Source: Acidobacteriota bacterium (GTDB taxonomy: Bacteria > Acidobacteriota > UBA6911). Taken from it: a stretch of 64,000 nucleotides of DNA. Location: positions 6,144,001 through 6,208,000 of the forward strand of contig OY761556.1 in assembly GCA_963664705.1 (NCBI GenBank), given 5' to 3'. Made by a program: the position numbers and the translations under genes. The notes below the pieces were generated by a model that worked only from the letters and a program-made list of their open reading frames with translations, searched no databases and was not told the origin of the DNA. The first letter of the stretch is position 1. The number at the start of each line of letters is the position of its first letter. Below are positions 29,226 to 37,214 of the stretch, piece by piece.

Positions 29226-30326
29226 CTACTTCGTGGCGTCCCGCGCTGCGCTCGACAGCCCGTCCTGCCAGGAACTCCATCCCGAATTCATCCCGTAAGG
29301 GCATTGCTGCAGAACCGCTTCAATCCTGCGAATCTTGCCTTTTTCAATTCTGAACAGTTCTGCGATCTGCCAGGTCCACGGATTTATCGGGCCGGCCGTC
29401 ACAGTTCGTCCATCTTTTGTCTGGAATGTCCGGTCTTTCCCAAGCGCGTGATCAAAGAACCCGAATGCGTAAACCAGGCCGCGCTCCTGATCGACGGCAA
29501 CAAACCGCCGGTCTCGAATCCTCCAGACAAAGTGAATGAGGCCGGATTCGAACTGTTCTCTGCAGCCCCAGGCCCCCGAATAGGAACTCGAAGTCTTGGG
29601 ATCCGGCTTGGTCTGGCCTTCACGCAGCGGAGCATTTGTGCTCTGAGACCCGTTTTCAAAGCGTTCGCAGTCATCGGTGAATGGGTAGGTTCCTGTGCCG
29701 TCAAGCCCCTTTCCGTCGTTCTTTTCCATTCCCCTGAAGTACATGTCGGCAACGCGGATGAGATCGGCACGCGACATCCTTTCGGCCGGCGGGATCACAT
29801 CGGTAAACAGATGATGGGGGCTTCCCATTTTTTCAATGTTTGCCGCCGGTCCCGCTGGAGCCGCAGGCGCTGCGCCCCGCGCCGCCCCTGCACCACCCAG
29901 CTGGGCAGCCGGGCGGATTACCAGGGTCTCGATTTCGGTAATCTGGCCACTCTTTACCTTCAGTCGCAGCGCGATAGGTGATGCGGTGCCTTCCTTTGTG
30001 TTTCCTTCTTCCACGATCGTCCCGAGAAATGTGACCTGCCCTGCTTCCGGGTCGGTGACAAACAGCTTGTATTTGCCTTTGCCGGTCATGATCTTCCAGT
30101 GTCCGTCGGGAAGTGGAAGCCGGACACCGTTCTCGGTGAACTTTACGTCTTTGGACAGCGGCAGCAGGGAAGGATCATGCGCGATCGCGGCGTCCAGGTA
30201 TTTATCTACGAAACCTTCCAGGCAAGCGCGATCGCAGGCGGCCGGCTTGCTTTGCGCGCTCATCCTGACAGTGGTAATGCTGACGAGCAGCAGAGCTGTC
30301 GTTACAAATACAAAAAATCTCTTCAT
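29226..30326 (-). CDS. Secreted hypothetical protein, CDRxCL family (paralog of 21533..22549)
   Basis: MKRFF signal peptide; CDRACL, FTENG, CERFENG, IRDRR and PYGMNSGW. Confidence 0.8.
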   Translation of the reverse strand: MKRFFVFVTTALLLVSITTVRMSAQSKPAACDRACLEGFVDKYLDAAIAHDPSLLPLSKDVKFTENGVRLPLPDGHWKIMTGKGKYKLFVTDPEAGQVTFLGTIVEEGNTKEGTASPIALRLKVKSGQITEIETLVIRPAAQLGGAGAARGAAPAAPAGPAANIEKMGSPHHLFTDVIPPAERMSRADLIRVADMYFRGMEKNDGKGLDGTGTYPFTDDCERFENGSQSTNAPLREGQTKPDPKTSSSYSGAWGCREQFESGLIHFVWRIRDRRFVAVDQERGLVYAFGFFDHALGKDRTFQTKDGRTVTAGPINPWTWQIAELFRIEKGKIRRIEAVLQQCPYGMNSGWSSWQDGLSSAARDATK

Positions 30327-30572
30327 TGCGTACCTGCCTTTCATTTGAACAAAAAGAAATGGATAGCGGTAAAAAGTAAATCCTCCTCCCAAGAATATTT
30401 GTACTGATTGCGCAGATTATGTATTAACCTGCAACTGCTTCACAATTCTTTTCACAAAACATGGTTAGCTTCCTGCATTTTTAGGGATCTATTGTTTTTC
30501 GAGTTCCAAATGTTTGAGAAGACATGCCGGCCCTGGCGCTAAGGCGCGATGAGCTTAAGGAGGGAATTTGAA

Positions 30573-31241
30573 ATGACGACACAAACGGCGATCAGTCTGG
30601 AAGAATTGGCCAAAGAAGTAGCGGAATTGAAGAAACAGGTAGCGGAAAATGCTTGGGCAAAAGACTACCTGGAAATCTGGAAACTGCAGTCCCTGTATTC
30701 GCACCTCTATCATATAGGCAGAAACTCCGAAGTGCCGGCTCTTTTTGCGCAGAAGACGCCCGGTGTTGTGATGGAGATCGAGGATAGCGGCGTATTTGTA
30801 GGGCTGGAAAGCGTGACACGATTCTGGAATGAGGTCTTTGATGCAAACCGGATGCAAAGAACCCCGGGGTTCCTTGCGATTCACATGACCGTCAATCCGA
30901 TCATTGAGATTAACCGGCAGGGTACGCGCGCGCACGGAATCTGGCACTCGCATGGAGTGTGTTCGCTGGCTGCGCTGGGCGTCATGAAGCAGTTCATCTG
31001 TCTCGGGAAATACGATATCGAATACGTCAAGGAAGACGGAGAGTGGAAGTTTCTGAATTTTGCGTATCGACTGACCTACATGGCGCCTTACGATAAGGGC
31101 TGGATGGATGAACCCCAGGCCGCAAGCATCGGGGGAAATCCGCTGAACAAGCCTGACCGGCCAACCACGTATCACATGCCGTACAGCAAATATCGAATCA
31201 ACATCATGCAGCCGCCTCCTCCCGAGCCGTATAAGGACTAA
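30573..31241 (+). CDS. NTF2/SnoaL-like protein (LinA/BaiE/scytalone-dehydratase-like)
   Basis: EIWKLQSLY, HMTVNPIIEI, AHGIW, YVKEDGEWK and PYDKGW; N-terminal coiled coil. Confidence 0.85.
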   Translation: MTTQTAISLEELAKEVAELKKQVAENAWAKDYLEIWKLQSLYSHLYHIGRNSEVPALFAQKTPGVVMEIEDSGVFVGLESVTRFWNEVFDANRMQRTPGFLAIHMTVNPIIEINRQGTRAHGIWHSHGVCSLAALGVMKQFICLGKYDIEYVKEDGEWKFLNFAYRLTYMAPYDKGWMDEPQAASIGGNPLNKPDRPTTYHMPYSKYRINIMQPPPPEPYKD

Positions 31242-31252
31242 AGGACTTTCGC

Positions 31253-31296
31253 GGAATTCGTGGCAGATGGACCGTCCAGTCCCTGCCACGAATTCC
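31253..31296. repeat. REP-like palindrome, family A, between convergent genes
   Basis: GGAATTCGTGGCAG / CTGCCACGAATTCC perfect 14-bp inverted repeat. Confidence 0.7.
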
Positions 31297-31301
31297 ACCA
31301 A

Positions 31302-32915
31302 TCACACCTGATCCGAATCCTGCAGCCCTCGGATGTTGCCGGGAACGTCGTGCATCGAAATCGCCGGAATTGTGGAAATGAGCACAAATGAAGCCAGCAT
31401 GGTCAGCGTGCCGATAATAAAGACCGCGCGAAGACCGGCCTCCATAGAGTCGCGAATTGCTTCGACGGTTTCCTTCAGCAATGCCTGCCCGTTTTCTCCC
31501 CGGGAGTTCAGCATATTGCGCAATGAGTTCATGGCAGGCTCCGAGAGAAGTACTCTCGGGTTGCCGAGGTTAACCATCGTTGCCTGATCCGCTACCCGCG
31601 TGAGTTCGGCCGGGAGAGATGCCTTCAACGCTTTGTTGTACTGCATGTTCATTGCCGAACCAAGTACGGCCGGGGCAATCGCGACCCCCATCGAGATGCT
31701 GAAGAAGAGGGCTCCCATGGCAACGCCCATTAGTTTTTGGGGAACCGCGCGCTGAATGACCAGCGTATTGATTGTCGGGATAGCGCCGAGTCCAATGCCT
31801 CCAACAGTGGTGAGTATGAGGCCCCAGACCAGCGGCGTTTCTGAGGTGTAGAAGATCATGCAGATCATGTCGATGGTAAATAACCCGTATCCCACAATGT
31901 AGAGCCATTTGAACCGGCCGGTCCGGGCGAGCAGAAATCCGACCGGAACGCCGATGAAAGCCATAAAAACGCCAAACGGCGTAAGAATCAGACCGCTTCG
32001 AGTGGCGCTGATCCCCTGGATGCCCTGCAGCAGCAAGGGGTAATAGAGTGTTACCCCGACCATGCCAAAGAACGAAAGAAAGCCGGCTCCTGAGGCCGTG
32101 ATAAAAGGCCGATTCCTGAGCACCGACGGATCCAGAATGGGTTCCTCCGCTTTTGTTTCCGCGCGCAGGAACAGAATCCAGAAAACCAGTGAGACCAGAA
32201 GCAGACTGATGACCGGCGCGGATCCCCATGGATAGGTGGTGCCCGCAAAGGAAAGACCGAAAATCAGAGTAGAAGATGCAATCGCAACGGTTGTGGATCC
32301 CTGAACATCAATCTTGCGCGCGGCACCCTGCACCAGCGAAGGCATTCCAAGGGTGATGCTGATGCTCAACAGAAGCAGCGGGACTCCCCACCAGAAAATA
32401 TATCGCCAGCTCATGGAGTCCACCAGCCAGCCGCCCAGTGCGGGGCCGAAGACCGCGAATACTCCGGTTGGGATATTCAACAGGCCAACCCAGCGGCCGC
32501 GCTCGGCCGGCGAGAACATGTCTCCGACCACGGAATACACCAGCGGAGCCAGTCCTCCCTGGCCAAGACAGAGGATCGTTCGAGCTGCGATCAGAAACAC
32601 GTATGTCGGGCTGAGTGCCGATAGAACTGCTCCGACGGCAAAGATGACCAAACATAGCTGCATCATGAGCCGGCGCCCGAAGATGTCGGAGAGCTTTCCG
32701 ACCAGAAGCGTCCCAAAAGCTAATCCAAGTCCTGGAATTGATACCGACCAGGAGTACAATGCCATTCCGTCAAGGTCTGCGGCCATGCGTGGGGCTGCGG
32801 ATCCGGGCGTCTGGACGTAATAGCTGAAGACGAGTTGGGCAAGAAAAATGCTTGCCAGTGCCAGGAAGACCTGCTTTTTCGTATACACGAGTTGCGGCTG
32901 CGCGGCTGGTTTCAC
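31302..32915 (-). CDS. MFS transporter, 14-TM DHA2-like
   Basis: GKLSDIFGRR, GPALGGWL..SWRYIFW and EEPILD; 537 aa. Confidence 0.9.
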   Translation of the reverse strand: MKPAAQPQLVYTKKQVFLALASIFLAQLVFSYYVQTPGSAAPRMAADLDGMALYSWSVSIPGLGLAFGTLLVGKLSDIFGRRLMMQLCLVIFAVGAVLSALSPTYVFLIAARTILCLGQGGLAPLVYSVVGDMFSPAERGRWVGLLNIPTGVFAVFGPALGGWLVDSMSWRYIFWWGVPLLLLSISITLGMPSLVQGAARKIDVQGSTTVAIASSTLIFGLSFAGTTYPWGSAPVISLLLVSLVFWILFLRAETKAEEPILDPSVLRNRPFITASGAGFLSFFGMVGVTLYYPLLLQGIQGISATRSGLILTPFGVFMAFIGVPVGFLLARTGRFKWLYIVGYGLFTIDMICMIFYTSETPLVWGLILTTVGGIGLGAIPTINTLVIQRAVPQKLMGVAMGALFFSISMGVAIAPAVLGSAMNMQYNKALKASLPAELTRVADQATMVNLGNPRVLLSEPAMNSLRNMLNSRGENGQALLKETVEAIRDSMEAGLRAVFIIGTLTMLASFVLISTIPAISMHDVPGNIRGLQDSDQV

Positions 32916-32975
32916 TTTATTCTCCCCTTTAGAATTGCTGACGAATGTACAATAAACGGGAGCAAATGAAAATCG

Positions 32976-33857
32976 GTGATGAGAGATAAGGGAATCTTAA
33001 ACGCTTTTGGTGCTTACTTTATCTGGGGGCTGTTTCCGGTCTACTGGAAGCTGATCCGGCATGTCCCGGCTATTCAGCTGATCGGGCATCGGATCATCTG
33101 GTCGTTTATTCTGCTTGCGGCCTTTCTTTCCATCACGCGCAGGTGGTCCGAACTGAAAACCGTTTCCTGGGATCCCAAAATCCTTCGTGTTTATCTCGTT
33201 GCGGCTGTACTGGTGGGGTTTAACTGGTTCATTTATGTCTGGGCCGTCAATTCAGGGCACATTCTTGAAGCAAGCCTGGGTTACTTCATTAATCCACTAT
33301 TCAGCGTGCTTCTGGGTGTTGTCTTTCTGAGAGAAAAACTTCGGTTCTGGCAGTGGCTGTCGGTCGGATTTGCGGGCGTAGGCGTTCTGTATCTCACACT
33401 GGCTTACAACCGTGCTCCGTGGATTGCTCTCGGACTGGCATTCACCTTTGGATGCTACGGCCTCGTCAAGAAAACTTCGCCCCTGGGATCGATAACGGGA
33501 CTGACGCTGGAATCCGGGATTCTCTTCCTGCCGGGTTTCCTCTTTCTTTTTTACCAGGACTGGATCGGAAAGGGCGCTTTTCTTCACACGGGTCTGCAGG
33601 CGGATCTCCTGATGATTGGGGCTGGTCTGGTCACAACCGTTCCATTGGTAATGTTTACCTACGCGGCCCAGAGAATTCCCCTTACCACCGTCGGCTTGAT
33701 GCACTACATTACTCCGACGGCACAATTCCTTCTTGGTATTTTCGTCTACGGCGAAGCTTTCCGTCGAGACCAGGCATTGGGATTTGGAATTGTCTGGGCA
33801 GCTCTGATTGTTTTTTGTGTTGAGGGCATTTTATTTACATCAAGAGTGCGGGAGTAA
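32976..33857 (+). CDS. rarD: EamA family transporter RarD
   Basis: WGLFPVYWK, EASLGYFINPL, YGLVKK and YITPT. Confidence 0.92.
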   Translation: MMRDKGILNAFGAYFIWGLFPVYWKLIRHVPAIQLIGHRIIWSFILLAAFLSITRRWSELKTVSWDPKILRVYLVAAVLVGFNWFIYVWAVNSGHILEASLGYFINPLFSVLLGVVFLREKLRFWQWLSVGFAGVGVLYLTLAYNRAPWIALGLAFTFGCYGLVKKTSPLGSITGLTLESGILFLPGFLFLFYQDWIGKGAFLHTGLQADLLMIGAGLVTTVPLVMFTYAAQRIPLTTVGLMHYITPTAQFLLGIFVYGEAFRRDQALGFGIVWAALIVFCVEGILFTSRVRE

Positions 33858-33860
33858 TCG

Positions 33861-34307
33861 ATGGACGAATTCATGCAAGCTGCCATTGAAGAAGCCAGGA
33901 AGGGTCTTGCCGAAGGCGGAATTCCGATCGGTTCGGTGCTGGTGGTCGATGGCATAATTGTGGGGAGGGGACATAACCGTCGCGTTCAACAATCGAGCGC
34001 GATCCTTCACGCCGAGATGGATGCCCTGGAAAACGCTGGTCGGCTTTCAGCCGAGAGCTATCGCCGGGCAGTGCTCTACTCGACCCTGTCGCCGTGCGAT
34101 ATGTGCACCGGCGCCGCGCTACTCTATAAAATTCCTAAAATTGTAATCGGGGAAAATCGGACGTTTCGCGGGCCCGAGGAATACTCTGTTTCCCGCGGAG
34201 TCGAACTGGTGATCCTCGATGATCCGGACTGCTTTCGGATGATGCAGGATTTTATTAAGAACAGGCCGGAGCTTTGGAACGAAGATATCGGAGAAATCGA
34301 CGCCTAA
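33861..34307 (+). CDS. Zn-dependent nucleoside/cytosine deaminase (yeast Fcy1-like)
   Basis: HAE and PCDMC zinc motif, GGIPIGSVL, WNEDIG. Confidence 0.92.
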   Translation: MDEFMQAAIEEARKGLAEGGIPIGSVLVVDGIIVGRGHNRRVQQSSAILHAEMDALENAGRLSAESYRRAVLYSTLSPCDMCTGAALLYKIPKIVIGENRTFRGPEEYSVSRGVELVILDDPDCFRMMQDFIKNRPELWNEDIGEIDA

Positions 34308-34441
34308 CTCCTGCCTCCTGTCTCCTTTCTTTTATTCTTCTTTGACCTTTCATAGCCCTTTAGTAGCATGGAGCCCGAAGATCGGAAGCGCCGTTTTATT
34401 TCTGACACCTGGCTTCTGACTTCTGAACAAGGAGAAATGAC

Positions 34442-34942
34442 GTGGCGGCAACAAAGTTGATAACACTGACGGTAAATGGAATGGTTCATGAACTCGACAT
34501 CGGCACACGCTCAGGGCAGGTCGATCCCTCGCACACCCTGATCTTTACCTTGCGCGAGACGCTCGGATTGACAGGCACCAAGATGTCGTGCGGTGAGGGC
34601 GCTTGTGGAATCTGTACGGTCATTATGGATGGGAAGGCGGTTCCTTCCTGCCGAATTCTCACTGTCGAATGTGATGGAAAGAACATCACAACGGTCGAAG
34701 GGTTGCGGGACTCCAAAACGGGTGAGCTGGATCCGTTGCAGCAGGCTTTCATTGACCATACTGCATTTCAATGCGGCTTTTGTACGCCGGGAATGTTGAT
34801 GACGGCAAAAGCCCTCCTCAACGACAACCCGCATCCCACGGAGGAAGAGGTGAAGGAAGCTTTGTCCGGCAATTTTTGCCGTTGTGTCAGCCATTACCAG
34901 GTGTTGAAGGCCGTCATGTCGGTTGCAGAGAGGGGGCAATAG
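34442..34942 (+). CDS. Xanthine-dehydrogenase-family 2x[2Fe-2S] subunit (CoxS-like)
   Basis: CGEGACGIC...C and QCGFCTPG...CRC. Confidence 0.95.
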   Translation: MAATKLITLTVNGMVHELDIGTRSGQVDPSHTLIFTLRETLGLTGTKMSCGEGACGICTVIMDGKAVPSCRILTVECDGKNITTVEGLRDSKTGELDPLQQAFIDHTAFQCGFCTPGMLMTAKALLNDNPHPTEEEVKEALSGNFCRCVSHYQVLKAVMSVAERGQ

Positions 34943-34943
34943 C

Positions 34944-37214
34944 ATGGGCGAGAACTATCGCTGGATAGGGAAGAAGATGCCCCGTCGTGATGCGGCCGAG
35001 GTTGTGACCGGGACAGCAAAATATCTGGACGATCTGAAGTTTCAGAATTTGCTTTACGGCAAGGTGCTGCGCAGCCCGCACGCGCACGCGAATATCAAAA
35101 GGATAGACAAAAGCAAAGCGCAAGCGCTGCCGGGTGTTGCTGCCGTGGTGACATGGGAAGATATTCCGGACTGGAAAGGTGGAACGCCCCGAATGGTCCG
35201 CGTACTTGACAATAAAGTCCGGTACGTTGGGGATGCGGTGGCCCTGGTTGCGGCGACCACAGAACAGATTGCGGAAGAGGCTTTGAAGCTGATCGACGTG
35301 GAATACGAGGTTCTGTCCGCCGTCTTTGATATCGATTCCGCCCTCAAGCCGGATGCTCCGCTCCTGTATGAGGAGCTTGGAAGCAATATCCTCCCCGGCG
35401 GAACGATCATCTATGGTCCCAACTGCCTGAAGGGAGTAGTCCGTGGCGATGTGGATAAGGGATTTGCAGAGGCGGATGTCATAACCGAAGGTACTTTCGG
35501 ATATGAGAATACGCCCAACGCGGCGCCTCCGGAATGTGTCGGTGCTGTTGCCGTATGGGAACCGCCCAACAACGCCACCATCTGGGGCACCAGCCAGGCG
35601 CCCTATCTCGACAAAGTGACGCTGTTCCACGTATTCAACCGGCAAGTTGAAATCCGGAGCATCGCCAACCATGTCGGCGCCGGGTTCGGCACCAAGATCA
35701 TGTGCTGGCAGGTGCAGGCCTATGCCATTATTCTTGCCCGCGCAACCGGCCGGCCGGTAAAAGTCGTGTTCACCAAAGAGGAACACCTGGCTGCCTTTAC
35801 TTTGCGGATCAGCTCCAGGATCCACGCCAAAGTCGGGATGAAAAATGATGGTGAAGTCACTGCCATTCAGGGAACCTGGTATGTAGATACCGGTTACTAT
35901 TCGTTTACAACACAAGCCCAGGTTGCAGTCGGATCGGGTGAGCTCCAGATTGTGGCGCAATGTCCGAACTGGGATCTGAAGAATACCATTGTGGCCACGA
36001 ACAGAAACGCCTCCGGTGCGACCAGAGGTTTTGGTGGGCTGGAATTGAAGTGCTCGTTTATTCCGTTGCTCTGCCTGGCTATGCAGAAGGCGAAGCTGGA
36101 TCCTTTCGAAGTGCTGAAGAAGAACTTCATCAAACCGGGGAATACCGGGTACTTCTGGCGCGATGGCGAATGGTACGACTACCGCGGCATCGATTTTTCC
36201 AAATCCATGGATGCCGGCGCAGATCTGTTCGGATGGAAAGATAAATGGAAGGACTGGCTGACGCCCAGTTCAGTGGATGGCGTCAAGCGCCGCGGCATCG
36301 GCGTGGGCGTACACGGCAATGCGGATATTGGCGAAGATACCGCCGAAGCCTACATCCAGCTTGGGTATAACAATACGGCCACAATCTTTCTCTGCGTTGC
36401 GGAGCACGGTACCGGCCAGAAATCCAATTACGCGAGGATGGCGGCTGAAGTCCTCCAGATCCCGCCGGAGCGGATCGCCATGTCTCCGGCTGATTCGCTG
36501 GTCACTCCATTTGAATTCGGCGCGGTCGGTTCGCGCGGCACCTATGCGATCGGAAGCGCAGTCATTAACGCAGCTCAGGATGCCAAGAGGCAGTTGCTCG
36601 AGCTGGCGGCGCCAAAACTGGGCGCCGATCCAAAGGATCTCGATACGGTCGATGGCGTTGTTTTTGTCAAAGGACAGCCGAACAAAGGGATCAAGTGGCG
36701 AGCGATGGGAAATGATCGGACCATCCTGGGCTATGGACGGTTTGATCCCGACTTCACGATGTGCAACATGATCATGTGCTTTGTTGAGGTGGAAGTTGAT
36801 ATTGAGACCGGTAAGGTGAGCCTGATCCGTGCAGTCAATGCCACGGACGTCGGTCAGGTTATTGATCCGGTCGGACTCGCCGCCCAGCTCAATTCGTCCT
36901 GGGGCTCCGCCGGAATTGACAGCGGAATTTTCGAAGAAGCCGTGATTGACCGGCGAACCGGGCACATGCTCAACTCCAACCTGATCGACTATAAATGGAG
37001 AACTTTTTCGGAACTGCCCATTGCTGAGTGTGTGGCACTGGAAACCCCATTTCCCACGCATCAATTTCACGCGGTAGGGGTGGGCGAGATTGCTACAGCT
37101 CCCGGGACGACGGCTGTTTTGATGGCGGTGTCGAATGCAATCGGCACCTGGTTGTATCAATACCCCGCGACTCCGGATCGCGTGTTGAAGGCACTCGGGA
37201 AAGGAGTCGCATAA
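34944..37214 (+). CDS. Xanthine-dehydrogenase-family molybdopterin-binding subunit (CoxL-like, not CO dehydrogenase)
   Basis: LRSPHAHA, GAGFG, TRGFGG, EHGTG, GSRGT and GVGE; lacks the AYxCSFR/AYRGAGR signatures of CODH. Confidence 0.93.
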   Translation: MGENYRWIGKKMPRRDAAEVVTGTAKYLDDLKFQNLLYGKVLRSPHAHANIKRIDKSKAQALPGVAAVVTWEDIPDWKGGTPRMVRVLDNKVRYVGDAVALVAATTEQIAEEALKLIDVEYEVLSAVFDIDSALKPDAPLLYEELGSNILPGGTIIYGPNCLKGVVRGDVDKGFAEADVITEGTFGYENTPNAAPPECVGAVAVWEPPNNATIWGTSQAPYLDKVTLFHVFNRQVEIRSIANHVGAGFGTKIMCWQVQAYAIILARATGRPVKVVFTKEEHLAAFTLRISSRIHAKVGMKNDGEVTAIQGTWYVDTGYYSFTTQAQVAVGSGELQIVAQCPNWDLKNTIVATNRNASGATRGFGGLELKCSFIPLLCLAMQKAKLDPFEVLKKNFIKPGNTGYFWRDGEWYDYRGIDFSKSMDAGADLFGWKDKWKDWLTPSSVDGVKRRGIGVGVHGNADIGEDTAEAYIQLGYNNTATIFLCVAEHGTGQKSNYARMAAEVLQIPPERIAMSPADSLVTPFEFGAVGSRGTYAIGSAVINAAQDAKRQLLELAAPKLGADPKDLDTVDGVVFVKGQPNKGIKWRAMGNDRTILGYGRFDPDFTMCNMIMCFVEVEVDIETGKVSLIRAVNATDVGQVIDPVGLAAQLNSSWGSAGIDSGIFEEAVIDRRTGHMLNSNLIDYKWRTFSELPIAECVALETPFPTHQFHAVGVGEIATAPGTTAVLMAVSNAIGTWLYQYPATPDRVLKALGKGVA

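Noticed and set aside
34944-37214. Aerobic CO dehydrogenase (coxL)
   Set aside because: The active-site loop is ATRGFGG, not AYxCSFR or AYRGAGR.
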